A stretch of 64,000 nucleotides of DNA from an uncultured Rhodospirillales bacterium (GCA_913055735.1 CAJXKD010000002.1:472150-536149), one strand, 5' to 3'. Positions 36,769 through 46,741 are shown, numbered from the stretch's first letter. The notes: generated by a model not told the origin, from the letters alone. Translations and numbers: made by a program.

Positions 36769-37056
36769 ATGGCGAACGAAGGCTACCACGAACCCCTCGA
36801 AGAACTGTCGGACGAAACCCGGGACATGCACCGGGCGATCGTTTCTTTGATGGAGGAACTGGAAGCGGTCGACTGGTATAACCAGCGCGTCGACGCGTGC
36901 AAGGACGAGGAATTGAAGGCCATCCTCGCGCACAACCGCGATGAGGAAAAAGAGCACGCCGCCATGGTTCTCGAATGGATCCGCCGCCAGGATCCGACCT
37001 TCGACAAGGAGCTGAAGGACTACCTGTTCACGACGAAATCCCTAAAGCACGACTAA
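36769..37056 (+). CDS. Encapsulated-ferritin-like (EncFtn family) protein lacking an obvious C-terminal targeting extension
   Basis: HEPLEELS...MEELEAVDWYNQRVDA...ILAHNRDEEKEHAAMVLEWIRR closely resembles my recollection of Rhodospirillum rubrum EncFtn. Only 95 aa. RBS aggagaagg. Confidence 0.8.
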   Translation: MANEGYHEPLEELSDETRDMHRAIVSLMEELEAVDWYNQRVDACKDEELKAILAHNRDEEKEHAAMVLEWIRRQDPTFDKELKDYLFTTKSLKHD

Positions 37057-37070
37057 GTCAAAACGGCGGG

Positions 37071-37616
37071 TTAGGCGGATCTCACCAGCTTGAGGTCCGC
37101 GCTGCTGCCTTCCAGCGACCATTTGTACCGTTTGGCGTAGCGTTGCACGTCGAAAACCTGCCAGGCCTTGGCGATTTCATCGGCGGGAATGTCGGTGTTT
37201 GCGGTGATCTCGTCGGCGCTCAGTTCGTTTTTGTCCGAATGGCGAATGAGCCAGCACAGCGCTTCCCATCCAGACCGGTTGCCGCGCGGCGAGGGAACTG
37301 ACTCTACCAAGCCGCGCCCTTCCGGCGCGCCGCTCACCTCAACCTCACCGTAGAAGGCGACGCGGTCTTTGATCACGGCCGCCTCTTCGTAGGGCTCCGC
37401 GTAATACCAGGCGCCACCTTCAAACACCTTGCCGCCAACACGGATGTCGTAGTAATCGGCGAAGCCCTTCCAATGACAATAGGTGCGGTCGGTTCCGGTG
37501 CTTTCGCTGAACAGATCCTTGTTTAACGAGTCCACCGGGAAATACGCGTTGCCTTCGACCAGCGCGATATCGTCGCTTTCGGCAAGCGTTGCGCCGTTCC
37601 AAACTGCCTTGGCCAT
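37071..37616 (-). CDS. DUF427 domain protein with ~80-aa C-terminal extension
   Basis: MAKAVWNGATLAESDD...VEGNAYFP...YCHWKG.A.YY is the characteristic DUF427 N-terminal pattern. Confidence 0.7.
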   Translation of the reverse strand: MAKAVWNGATLAESDDIALVEGNAYFPVDSLNKDLFSESTGTDRTYCHWKGFADYYDIRVGGKVFEGGAWYYAEPYEEAAVIKDRVAFYGEVEVSGAPEGRGLVESVPSPRGNRSGWEALCWLIRHSDKNELSADEITANTDIPADEIAKAWQVFDVQRYAKRYKWSLEGSSADLKLVRSA

Positions 37617-37631
37617 ATCAACCCTCCTCGG

Positions 37632-38633
37632 TTAGGGGATCATCACCACCGCGCCAGTGGTTTTGCGCGCTTCGGCATCCTTGTGCACCTGTACCGCGTC
37701 GCGGAGACGGTAGGTGTGTCCTATCTTAACCTTGACCGCGCCCGATTTCATCATCCGGAATAGGTGGCGCGTGCTTGCCCTTTCGATCTCGGGCGAGGTC
37801 ATGTAATTGACCGTGGTTGCGCGCGTGAAATAGGCCGATGTCTTGACCCCGTCGGCGGCGATATCCAAAGGCGGCGGCGGGCCCGACGCACTGCCGAAAC
37901 TGACCACCAGCCCCAAACGGCGGACGCATTTGATGGAGCCGTTCCAGGTATCCTTGCCAACGGAATCGTAGACGACGTCAACGCCCTTATTCTTGGTGAA
38001 GCGCATGACTTCCGAGACGAAATCCTGTTTGCGGTAATTGATGACGTGTTTGGCGCCGTACCGTTTGGCGAGGCGGCATTTCTCGTCGGTACCGGCGGTG
38101 CCGATCAAAGTGGCGCCCACCGCCTTCGCCCATTGACAGGCGATCAAGCCGACGCCGCCCGCGGCGGCGTGGAACAGGATGGTGTCGCCGCGTTTGAGCT
38201 TGTGCGTGCGGTTGAATAGATACTGCACGGTGCGGCCCTTGGAGAGGGCGGCTGCTGCCGTCTCGTCGTCGAGCCAGGCCGGAATCTTGCTCAAATGGAC
38301 TGCGTCGATCACGCGTGCCTCGGCATAAGCACCCAATGGACCGCCGGCGTAAACGACCCGGTTGCCGGGTTTGAAGCCCTCGACGCCCGGGCCGACCGCT
38401 TCGATCACGCCGGCGGCTTCGAGGCCGGCGCCCATGGGCATCGGATCGCGCGGCGGATAGAGACCTTTGCGGAAATAGGTCTCGACCATGTTGAAGCCGA
38501 TGGCGGTATGACGGATCAGCACTTGGCCTTTCTTGGGCTTCGGCAGGTCGACCTCTTCCCATTTCATCACGTCGGGACCGCCGGTCTCATGAACGCGAAA
38601 GGCGTGCGTTTTCATTGGCATTTTGGCGGGCAT
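37632..38633 (-). CDS. NADPH:quinone oxidoreductase (zeta-crystallin / MDR family)
   Basis: MDR fold with the nucleotide motif AAAGGVGL, 333 aa. Confidence 0.85.
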   Translation of the reverse strand: MPAKMPMKTHAFRVHETGGPDVMKWEEVDLPKPKKGQVLIRHTAIGFNMVETYFRKGLYPPRDPMPMGAGLEAAGVIEAVGPGVEGFKPGNRVVYAGGPLGAYAEARVIDAVHLSKIPAWLDDETAAAALSKGRTVQYLFNRTHKLKRGDTILFHAAAGGVGLIACQWAKAVGATLIGTAGTDEKCRLAKRYGAKHVINYRKQDFVSEVMRFTKNKGVDVVYDSVGKDTWNGSIKCVRRLGLVVSFGSASGPPPPLDIAADGVKTSAYFTRATTVNYMTSPEIERASTRHLFRMMKSGAVKVKIGHTYRLRDAVQVHKDAEARKTTGAVVMIP

Positions 38634-38646
38634 GGAAGCTCGGTTC

Positions 38647-39675
38647 CTAGCGGACGGCGGCAGGGCTTTCCTGAAACTCCGGCATGATCTCGCGGGCGAA
38701 AATGCGCAGCGTTTCGATGTCGTCCGGGAACAGGATCAGCATATACTCGAAGCCCATGTCACGGAACTGGCGAACTCGTGCCGCGACCTGTTCCGGAGAG
38801 CCGATGATCGCCGCATCTTCCATGGCGAGATTGGCGTCCGCATAAGTTTCCGGCTGTACGGGGCCGTCTTTCTTTTCAAGGCCGGGCAGGGCGCCATAGC
38901 TTTTGAACATGCTGCTCACGCGCTTGAGCCGTTGTTCGACCGCTGCTTCGTATTCTGCGTCGCTCGTCGTGATGGTCATGCCGCGCGCAAGGGCGACCTC
39001 CATGGGATTGAACGGCCGGTCCACCTGTTTGCAGGCGGTTCGCCAGACATCCAGCCGTTCCTTTGTGCGCTGCGGCGAGCCGAAATGATCGAGCAGCAAA
39101 TTAAATCCGGTGCCCGCGACCCGCGTGATCGACTCGTCGGTGCCCGCCGCCGTCCAGAGAGGCGGATGGGGTTTCTGGATGCAAGGCGGCTCGACGACGA
39201 TGTCCTTGAAGTTCCAGAAGCGGCCTTCGTGGCTGAAACGTTCCTCGGAAACCCAGGATTTGACGATCAGGTCAACCGACTCCTCGTAGCGGGGCAGGGC
39301 CTCTTCCTTGGGGACGCAAAAGGCATCGAACTCGACGTCGCGATACCCCTTGCCGACGCCGAAGTCGAGGCGCCCGCCCGACAAGAGATCGAGCGTTGCC
39401 GCCTGTTCGGCGATCAGTACGGGGTTGTGCCAGGGGAGCACCGTCACCGCGGTTCCCAGGCGCATGTTTTTGGTGAGCGCCGCGATATAGGTGAGCAGGT
39501 TCAGCGACGCCGAGATCTGACCGGAGCCGGAGAAATGGTGCTCGACGAGGAAAATGCTGTGAAAGCCCAAATCCTCGGCTTCCAGCGCCATGTCGAGCAT
39601 GCCTTTGTAGCCCTGGCTGTCGGCGGTGGCGTCCCCCCGTTTGGCGACCGCGCCGCCGAATACGCCGAATTTCAT
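38647..39675 (-). CDS. LLM-class (luciferase-like) flavin-dependent oxidoreductase
   Basis: MKFGVF...EDLGFHSIFLVEHHF is a typical LLM N-terminus. Confidence 0.85.
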   Translation of the reverse strand: MKFGVFGGAVAKRGDATADSQGYKGMLDMALEAEDLGFHSIFLVEHHFSGSGQISASLNLLTYIAALTKNMRLGTAVTVLPWHNPVLIAEQAATLDLLSGGRLDFGVGKGYRDVEFDAFCVPKEEALPRYEESVDLIVKSWVSEERFSHEGRFWNFKDIVVEPPCIQKPHPPLWTAAGTDESITRVAGTGFNLLLDHFGSPQRTKERLDVWRTACKQVDRPFNPMEVALARGMTITTSDAEYEAAVEQRLKRVSSMFKSYGALPGLEKKDGPVQPETYADANLAMEDAAIIGSPEQVAARVRQFRDMGFEYMLILFPDDIETLRIFAREIMPEFQESPAAVR

Positions 39676-39708
39676 GATGCGTGTGTCCCCTGTTTGTAAG
39701 CGATTTTC

Positions 39709-40554
39709 TTAGTCGTTGAAGAAGGCGAAGGTGCGCACTTCGATACTTTCGCGCGGCGGCACGCCGGCGGGTTGATCGGCAAGTTCCGCCGCGCCATGGG
39801 CGTTGAAGCGGGTGCGGCCGTCGGTGGCGGAATCGTAGCACTTGATCAACACCGCCTCGTCCGGCGTCATGTCGGAAAAGTAGTACCACTGCTGCCCGTC
39901 GCTATAGGCGACGCGGTAGGTCTCGCCACGGCGGTTGTGATAGATATGCGCGGCGGCGATAAAGTCGTCAGGGCCCATGGTGGTGGCATCGCACAGCGCG
40001 AGGGGCGCCGTTTTGACTGGCCCGTGCAGCGGCCGCCACACGTTGATGCTGGTGAAATGGCGTTGGAGCCGCGCGTCGGCTTCTTCCGGCGGATAAAGAT
40101 CGCGGATGCGCTTCTTACCCGACCAGTCGGTGAAATCGTTATGCACGGTCGGAACCGGCCCGCGAACGTCCTTGGCGGCACGCTTATCACGGTCCTCGAC
40201 GCGGATGGTATGGTCGAACACCATCACCTCGTCCGCACCCGTGAGTTTTTTCACCAATTCGATGCATTCCGGGTAATAGATACGTCTGACTTCGTCGTCG
40301 TCGTAGAAATCGGTGACGGCGGTTTCGTCGTCGACAAGGATGAACCCTTCGCGGTCGAGACTGAACCGGTCCCGTATCGTGCGGCCGTCGCGCAGCGTTA
40401 CCGTGCGCGTCTCGTACTTGCCGACGTTGCGCGTGGGATCGTCTACATCCCGCTCGGGATAGGTTTCTATCTTTTCGCCCGTGTCGACGGCGAAGGTGAG
40501 GCTTCCTTCGATAACGTCCGCTTCCAGCATCTCGGGCATAGCGCTCTCTGTCAC
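39709..40554 (-). CDS. CmcJ/NvfI/AsaB-like oxidoreductase (hydroxylase/desaturase family)
   Basis: Family-like features: FDHTIR, VHNDFT and INVWRPL motifs. Confidence 0.65.
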   Translation of the reverse strand: MTESAMPEMLEADVIEGSLTFAVDTGEKIETYPERDVDDPTRNVGKYETRTVTLRDGRTIRDRFSLDREGFILVDDETAVTDFYDDDEVRRIYYPECIELVKKLTGADEVMVFDHTIRVEDRDKRAAKDVRGPVPTVHNDFTDWSGKKRIRDLYPPEEADARLQRHFTSINVWRPLHGPVKTAPLALCDATTMGPDDFIAAAHIYHNRRGETYRVAYSDGQQWYYFSDMTPDEAVLIKCYDSATDGRTRFNAHGAAELADQPAGVPPRESIEVRTFAFFND

Positions 40555-40651
40555 TCGTGGCCTATCTTATTCGTTCCAGTCTTATAGAAGATTAGCGCCC
40601 AAATTCGGCTGCGTACAGACCATCGACGAGAGGGTGTCACCGGCGGCCGAT

Positions 40652-41257
40652 TTACCGGCTCAGCGGTTTGCCGTCGAGCCAATCCTTGCCGTGGGCGTAC
40701 AGTTTCTCGACCTCGGGTCCTTTCAGACCCGGCATATCCTTTTTGACGTCGTAGCCGAGCTTGAATTGCAGATAGGCAAGGTGTTTGTAACCCACCGGGT
40801 ATTGATCGAGGATGTTCTGATCCAGTTTGAGGGTCACCGACGGATCGATGGGGGCGATCCAGTCCTTCTCGTAGATGGGTTGGCGCAGGACGAAACCCCA
40901 CTTGCCGTTACGCTTTTCGAGGAAATCGTAGAAGCGCCCGAGGCACACGACGTCACACCACACGCCGTCCACGGGCGCACGCTGGTTGATGGTCATTTTG
41001 GTCATGGCGATGGCGCGGTTTCCGGCGAGGTCGATGGTGGTTCCGAGCAACGTGTGAATGATGCTGACGTCGCTTTCGAACACTTTCTTGCTGCCGGCGA
41101 TGAAGGTATCGGGATCGGCCTGCAGCCAAGTGGCCATCATGCGTCCGTCGTCGTGCCATACGGTGCGGAAGCGTTCCCACATGCCGGAATCGCGCCACAA
41201 CGCCCAGTTCTCGACCAGGTCACGGATCGCCAAACGTTCAAGGATTTCCTCATTCAT
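40652..41257 (-). CDS. NTF2-like / SnoaL-like family protein
   Basis: ATG at 41257 with ggagg upstream. ERLAIRDLVENWALWRD is a typical NTF2-like N-terminus. The longer ORF to 42067 overlaps the TRAP permease out of frame. Confidence 0.6.
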   Translation of the reverse strand: MNEEILERLAIRDLVENWALWRDSGMWERFRTVWHDDGRMMATWLQADPDTFIAGSKKVFESDVSIIHTLLGTTIDLAGNRAIAMTKMTINQRAPVDGVWCDVVCLGRFYDFLEKRNGKWGFVLRQPIYEKDWIAPIDPSVTLKLDQNILDQYPVGYKHLAYLQFKLGYDVKKDMPGLKGPEVEKLYAHGKDWLDGKPLSR

Positions 41258-41337
41258 CGTGGGCAGCCTCCCCCCCATGCGTGTTTTGACGTTTATTGGG
41301 ACGAAAATGTCCTCTGGGGGTGGTTTTGTCCAGCCCG

Positions 41338-43293
41338 TTAGCCGCGCTGCGCGGAAGTGCTCCAGCGGGCGATGAAATCCCGGCCGAAGAGGAGCCCGAT
41401 GAATATTACGCCGGCGATATCTGTGAAAACGGCGCCAGGGAACATGCCCGCCGGAATCAGCAGAGCGAGGCCGCCGACGATAATGATCGCGCGCGCGAGA
41501 GTGCTGAGGTTGGTGCGGAAATAACCGATCAATCCGGCCGAGACCATCCACACGCCGATGACAGCGGTGCCGACATCGTGCACCAACGTTAGGGGATCGC
41601 CGTCGAGCAGCAGGCTCGGCGAGAACACGAACAGCACTGGCACCACGAAGGCCGACCAGCCGAAGCGGGTCGCGGCCCAGCCCGTACTCATTGGATGACT
41701 TTCCGCGAGTTTCGCCGCCGCGAAGGCGGCGATTGCAATGGGCGGGGTAATGAAAGATAGCATGCCGAAATAGAGGACATACATGTGCGCGGCCATGGGT
41801 GTGACGCCGACCTCGATCATCGCCGGTGCGACGAGGGCTGATACCAGGACATAAACGCCGATGGTCGGCATGCCCATGCCGAGGATAATGCAAACGACGG
41901 CGGCGAGGATCAGCAGCAGCACGAAATTGCCGTCGCCCAGTTGCGACAGCACCAGGGTGAGGGCGAAGCCGAGACCCGATTTGGCGAGGATGCCGATGAT
42001 CATGCCGACGGCGGTACCGATCATCACGAGGTCGATGATCAATACGCCCGTTTCGGCGACCGCCCAAAAGATGTCCTTGAGGGTCATGCGCCGACCCTTA
42101 TAGCCGAAGGCCATACCAAGCACGATTAGGGCCAAGCAAGCGTCGAGCGCGGCCTCTTCCGGTTCGTAGTTGAGCCAGAACAGCCCGACAATGAGAATGG
42201 CGAAGGGGATCAGAAAGATCCAGCCTTGCTTGAGGACCGTCCATAGATTGGGGATCAGTTCCTCGGGGACACGGCTGATGCCTTCCTTAGCGGCTTCCAG
42301 GTCGGCCTGTACGAACAAGCCGGCGTAATAGAGGAACGATGGCACCAGCGCTGCGATGGCGACGTATTTGTATTCGGTGTTCAAGTCCTCGGCCATGAGA
42401 AAGGCGACCGCGCCCATGACCGGCGGCATCAGTTGGCCGCCGGTGGAAGCGACGGCCTCGATGGCGCCCGCCGACACGGGCCTGTAGCCGCCGCGCTTCA
42501 TCAACGGGATGGTGATGGCGCCGGTCGACATGACGTTGGAAACGGTGGAGCCGGAGATAGAGCCGAACAGGCTCGATGCGGTGATGGCGACTTTGGCGGC
42601 GCCGCCGCGGTAACGCCCCATTAGGGCGATAGCAACGTCGTTGAGGAATTCGCCGGCGCCGGAGCGCTGCATCAATGCCGCCATCAACAGGAAGGCGACG
42701 ACGACGGTGGTGACGATCTTGGTCGGCAGGCCCATGAGGGCATTGGTGTCGAAGGTGAGGTAAGTGACGAGATCGCCGAACTCGATCTTCTGGCCCTGCA
42801 GCGAGCCGGGCACATATTGACCGGCAACGCCGAACAGGATGAAAAATACCAGCACCGACAGCAGCACCATACCGACCGTGCGGCGCAAGCCTTCGGCGCA
42901 CAGCAAGAGGATAATGGAGCCGCAAATGACCGCGTCGAGCGGTTGGTAGGCCACTTCATCGGCCAAGCGGGCGTAGTTCACCGATAGATAGGAACAGGTG
43001 AGAAGCCCCGCGAGGCCCGCCAGCCAGTCATACCACGGCACCGGTCCGGCGCGTTTGCCGTAACTCGCCGGCACATGGACGTATGTGAGCAGCAATCCGA
43101 TCCCGATCATCGGGAACAGGAACTGCTGATCGTAGAGCTGTAATTGCAGCAGTTCGCGATAAAGGTCGAGGGATTTGAAAATGGAGGCGATGACCAACAG
43201 CACCCCGAGGCCGATGATAAAGGCCCGGAGGCGCGGCGGCGCGGGGGAAATCCGTTCCGCTTCGTTGCTATGGAGCGAACTGGTCAAACTCAT
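41338..43293 (-). CDS. TRAP transporter fused 4TM/12TM permease (TAXI-type)
   Basis: 651 aa, highly hydrophobic throughout, adjacent to a TAXI binding protein. Confidence 0.9.
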   Translation of the reverse strand: MSLTSSLHSNEAERISPAPPRLRAFIIGLGVLLVIASIFKSLDLYRELLQLQLYDQQFLFPMIGIGLLLTYVHVPASYGKRAGPVPWYDWLAGLAGLLTCSYLSVNYARLADEVAYQPLDAVICGSIILLLCAEGLRRTVGMVLLSVLVFFILFGVAGQYVPGSLQGQKIEFGDLVTYLTFDTNALMGLPTKIVTTVVVAFLLMAALMQRSGAGEFLNDVAIALMGRYRGGAAKVAITASSLFGSISGSTVSNVMSTGAITIPLMKRGGYRPVSAGAIEAVASTGGQLMPPVMGAVAFLMAEDLNTEYKYVAIAALVPSFLYYAGLFVQADLEAAKEGISRVPEELIPNLWTVLKQGWIFLIPFAILIVGLFWLNYEPEEAALDACLALIVLGMAFGYKGRRMTLKDIFWAVAETGVLIIDLVMIGTAVGMIIGILAKSGLGFALTLVLSQLGDGNFVLLLILAAVVCIILGMGMPTIGVYVLVSALVAPAMIEVGVTPMAAHMYVLYFGMLSFITPPIAIAAFAAAKLAESHPMSTGWAATRFGWSAFVVPVLFVFSPSLLLDGDPLTLVHDVGTAVIGVWMVSAGLIGYFRTNLSTLARAIIIVGGLALLIPAGMFPGAVFTDIAGVIFIGLLFGRDFIARWSTSAQRG

Positions 43294-43386
43294 CTCAGAG
43301 CCTCACCCAAGAAGATTGTTGGTAGGCAGAATTGGGGGACGACCGCAGCCGGAACGTCACCGGCTGCGGTCTATCCTCAGCGGTTG

Positions 43387-44349
43387 TTAACTGCCGCCCT
43401 GTGTCAGGCCCATTTCCTTGTAGAACTTCATCGCACCCGGATGGATATCGACCCCCGGGATTTTGACGAGCATATTCTTCGGATTGAAGGAGCGGAACAC
43501 CGGCGAGACTTTGACCAGCCCGTCCTTGCCTTCGTAGAGAGCCTTGACCGACTTATAGACGACGTCTTCCGGCGTCTTGGTGGAGGTCATCAGTACCATG
43601 TCGAAAGCCATGGTCCAGGTTTCCCCTTCAACGCCCGGAGTCTTCTCGTCGAGCTTGACGAGATAAGAGCCCGGATATTCCTTCTGCATGGCGGCGACAC
43701 CTTCAGCAGAATTATCCATCTTGAGGATGCGAATGCCGCCGACCTTGGCTGCCGCGTTACGCAAGCGCGCGCCGCCGAGCGACGAAGGTGTGCCTTCGAT
43801 GTTGCCCTTGAGGAACAGTTCGGTTCCCGCCGACGTGTTGGGTACGTTCACGCAATCAAGCTCGTTCTCGGACATCTTGGCGTTGGCGAGATAGGCATCG
43901 AGAATGACCTTCACGGTCTTATGTGCCGTGAAGCCGCAGGCGTACTTCTTGCCTTTCATGTCGGCCAGTGTCTTGTAAGGCGAGTCGGCGCGTACCAGCG
44001 TGCCTACGGGCAGCGGCACGAGGCGGCTGGCGATGACCCAATCCTTGGAGACCGGATGGCCTTCGAATGCATTTCGGCCGGCGAGGGCGTCGTTGATGTC
44101 TCCGGTGGAGCTGACGCCGAAGGTGATGTTGCCTTTTTCGACGAGTGGCGTGTGATGGGCGTTGGAGGTGTGGGGCACGGCGCGCGTGTTGAGCCCGGCA
44201 CCGTCGGCGATGACCTTGGCAACGCCGGAACCGAGCCGGTTGGTTAGGGACGCCTGCGGGCCCGTGCCGACGCCGATGGATTGCGCCGAGGCGGCACCGG
44301 TGATGAAAAGCGCCGCAACCGCGGTCGCAACGAACGCAAATCTGTTCAT
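43387..44349 (-). CDS. TAXI-family TRAP transporter solute-binding protein
   Basis: Signal peptide MNRFAFVATAVAALFITGAASA. C-terminal HPGAMKFYKEMG is typical of TAXI (Imp-like) SBPs. Confidence 0.85.
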   Translation of the reverse strand: MNRFAFVATAVAALFITGAASAQSIGVGTGPQASLTNRLGSGVAKVIADGAGLNTRAVPHTSNAHHTPLVEKGNITFGVSSTGDINDALAGRNAFEGHPVSKDWVIASRLVPLPVGTLVRADSPYKTLADMKGKKYACGFTAHKTVKVILDAYLANAKMSENELDCVNVPNTSAGTELFLKGNIEGTPSSLGGARLRNAAAKVGGIRILKMDNSAEGVAAMQKEYPGSYLVKLDEKTPGVEGETWTMAFDMVLMTSTKTPEDVVYKSVKALYEGKDGLVKVSPVFRSFNPKNMLVKIPGVDIHPGAMKFYKEMGLTQGGS

Positions 44350-44472
44350 AAGAAGTCTCCCAGTTGGCATATGTATCTGGCGTTTTTTCCAGAGGCCAAT
44401 TCAATTGATTTGATTTTGTAGGCCAGCCAATACGATAGCGTGTTCCCGTTTCGCGGCCAAACGGTAACGGCT

Positions 44473-44500
44473 CAAAAAAGAGTTTGTCCGAAATCGGACC
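44473..44500 (-). terminator. Possible weak terminator of gcdH
   Basis: On the minus strand: gtccg-attt-cggac hairpin, then aaactctttttt. Confidence 0.3.
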
Positions 44501-44523
44501 GGGGAGTGGGAAAAGTCCCTAAA

Positions 44524-45717
44524 TTACGCAGTAAACGCCTGAATGCCGGTCTGGGCGCGGCCGAGGATGAGGGCATGAACGTCGTGGGTGCCCTCATAGG
44601 TGTTGACGGTTTCCAGGTTCATCAAATGACGGATGACGTGGAACTCGTCGACGATGCCGTTGCCGCCGTGCATGTCGCGCGCCAGACGGGCGATGTCGAG
44701 GGCCTTGCCCGCGTTGTTGCGCTTCATGATGGAGATGATCTCGGGGGCGCATTTGCCTTCGTCCATCAGGCGCGCCATGCGCAAGACGCCTTGCAGACCG
44801 AGAGTGATCTCGGTCTGCATGTCGGCGAGTTTCTTTTGGATCAATTGATTGGCGGCGAGGGGGCGGCCGAACTGGATACGGTCGAGGGTATATTGCCGCG
44901 CTGCGTGCCAGCAGAATTCCGCCGCGCCCATTGTGCCCCAGGCGATGCCGAAGCGCGCCTTGTTAAGGCAACCAAACGGCCCGCCGAGGCCGCTGATACC
45001 GGGGAGCAGGTTCTCTTCCGGCACTTCGACCCCGTCCATGACGATCTCGCCGGTGGCCGAGGCGCGCAGGCTGAACTTGCCTTCGATCTTGGGCGCTGAC
45101 AGGCCCTTCATGCCTTTTTCGAGAATGAAGCCGTGGATACGCCCGTCGAGCTTGGCCCAGACGACGAATACGTCGGCATGGGGCGCGTTGGAGATCCACA
45201 TCTTGTTGCCGGTGAGTTTGTAGCCGCCGTCGATCTTCTCGGCGCGGGTGTTCATGGAGCCAGGATCGGAGCCGTGATCGGGTTCCGTCAGGCCGAAGCA
45301 GCCGATCAGTTCGCCCTTGGCGAGACCGGGCAGGTATTTCTTGCGCTGCTCATCGGAGCCGTAGGTGTTGATGGGATGAATGACGAGGGAGGTTTGCACG
45401 CTCATGGTCGAGCGGTACGCGCTATCGACGCGCTCCACCTCGCGGTTCACCAAGCCGTAGCACACGTGGTTCATGGCGGAACCGCCGAATTCCTCGGGCA
45501 GCAGAATGCCGAACAGGCCAAGTTCGCCCATCTCGCCGAACATATCCCGGTCGAAGCTTTCGTTGCGGTGGGCTTCGAGAATGCGCGGCATCAGCTTGTC
45601 CTGCGCATAATCGCGGGCCGTGTCGCGGACCATCCGCTCTTCCTCATTCAACTGTTCCTCGAACAGGAAGGGATCGTCCCATTGGAAGCTTGCTTGCTTG
45701 GTCATTTGCCCATCCAT
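44524..45717 (-). CDS. gcdH: Glutaryl-CoA dehydrogenase (acyl-CoA dehydrogenase family)
   Basis: [30 protein letters not shown]-terminus and full ACAD architecture, consistent with GCDH. Confidence 0.8.
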   Translation of the reverse strand: MDGQMTKQASFQWDDPFLFEEQLNEEERMVRDTARDYAQDKLMPRILEAHRNESFDRDMFGEMGELGLFGILLPEEFGGSAMNHVCYGLVNREVERVDSAYRSTMSVQTSLVIHPINTYGSDEQRKKYLPGLAKGELIGCFGLTEPDHGSDPGSMNTRAEKIDGGYKLTGNKMWISNAPHADVFVVWAKLDGRIHGFILEKGMKGLSAPKIEGKFSLRASATGEIVMDGVEVPEENLLPGISGLGGPFGCLNKARFGIAWGTMGAAEFCWHAARQYTLDRIQFGRPLAANQLIQKKLADMQTEITLGLQGVLRMARLMDEGKCAPEIISIMKRNNAGKALDIARLARDMHGGNGIVDEFHVIRHLMNLETVNTYEGTHDVHALILGRAQTGIQAFTA

Positions 45718-45749
45718 GATTTGCCTCCGGTATTCTATCTTACTTTTCT

Positions 45750-46184
45750 TTATCCGTTATCTGGGATCACGGCGGTCGCTTCAAGTTCGATCACCGCCTC
45801 GTCTTCCAAAAGGGCGCTGACGAACACAAGGCTCATGGCCGGATAGTGACGCCCCATATGTTCGCGCCATACTGGGCCCAGTTCCTTGCGTCCGGCAAGA
45901 TAGGCGGCCTTGTCCGTGCAGAAAGCCGTAATCCGGCAGACATGTTCCGGCTTGCCGCCCGCCTTTTCGACCACCGCCACGAGGTTTTTCAGTGCCTGAC
46001 CGAACTGGGAAACCAAATCCTTTGCCTCGAATACCTCGTCGGCATTCCAGCCGATCATGCCGCCGACAAACACTACGCGCCCTTGCGGCGCCAAAATACC
46101 GTTGGCGTAGCCGACAGGATCTTTCCAACCATCGGGGAGGAGGGCCAAGGATTGTCCGTGCGCGGTATTCGGGGAAGAGGTCAT
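45750..46184 (-). CDS. RidA/YjgF family protein
   Basis: RITAFCTD...[17 protein letters not shown] is a typical RidA C-terminus. Confidence 0.8.
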   Translation of the reverse strand: MTSSPNTAHGQSLALLPDGWKDPVGYANGILAPQGRVVFVGGMIGWNADEVFEAKDLVSQFGQALKNLVAVVEKAGGKPEHVCRITAFCTDKAAYLAGRKELGPVWREHMGRHYPAMSLVFVSALLEDEAVIELEATAVIPDNG

Positions 46185-46273
46185 GTGGGAGGTCCGTCAC
46201 TGTCAAAAAAGCGAGGGACCGTACCCCGTGGACCGCGCGGGGTAAAGTGCCGTTAGCCGTTAGGCCGAACTTC

Positions 46274-46540
46274 TCAAAACATGCGGATTTTGGGTAAATC
46301 CGCCGTTCCGAAGCTGCGCGTAACACATACCGCTGAAAACAGGAAATAGGCACCGCTCACACCCAAGAGCGCGATATGACCTGCGGTCATGTGCGCGCCT
46401 AAACCGTCATAGATGTAAAGGGGGATACAGAACAGGGCGAAGTTGCCGAAGATGCCGATCACCCAATAGGTGAAGGCGGCGCTGATCTGCCCCGTCCATA
46501 GATAGAAAACAAAGGATACGACGTTCTGGGTTGTGCGCAT
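46274..46540 (-). CDS. Hypothetical small membrane protein
   Basis: Three hydrophobic segments. Start chosen at MRTTQNV. No family recognised. Confidence 0.4.
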   Translation of the reverse strand: MRTTQNVVSFVFYLWTGQISAAFTYWVIGIFGNFALFCIPLYIYDGLGAHMTAGHIALLGVSGAYFLFSAVCVTRSFGTADLPKIRMF

Positions 46541-46659
46541 GTCCGTCTGCCTTTCTGCCCGGGACCTCGCGGCACCCGGATCGGTGAAACAGTTTCGGAC
46601 CACACGTCTCCCAGCAGTGTGTCAGCTAGAAGATTAGAGGAATTGCATAGACGGGAGTC

Positions 46660-46696
46660 CCCTCATTTCCGAAACCCAGCCGTTCGGAAATGAGGG
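46660..46696. repeat. Perfect 14-bp inverted repeat / hairpin (9-nt loop), no U-tract on either strand
   Basis: ccctcatttccgaa-acccagccg-ttcggaaatgaggg, read and paired by hand. Confidence 0.6.
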
Positions 46697-46725
46697 ATGT
46701 GAGAGAAATCTAATATTGAGAAATT

Positions 46726-46739
46726 GGCTGAATTGAGCC
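46726..46739. repeat. Copy 3 of GGCTGAAT-type quasi-palindrome (ggctgaattgagcc)
   Basis: Lies 2 nt from the stop codon of the minus-strand FAD-subunit gene. Confidence 0.5.
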
Positions 46740-46741
46740 GT

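Noticed and set aside
41258-42067. N-terminal 270 aa of the listed 471-aa minus-strand ORF
   Set aside because: It overlaps the TRAP fused permease out of frame and is Arg/His/Pro-rich. The real NTF2-like gene starts at the RBS-preceded ATG at 41257.
36769-44349. Search for an encapsulin shell gene next to the EncFtn-like gene
   Set aside because: No ORF on either side resembles an HK97-fold/Linocin_M18 protein. The neighbours are DUF427, oxidoreductases and a TRAP system.
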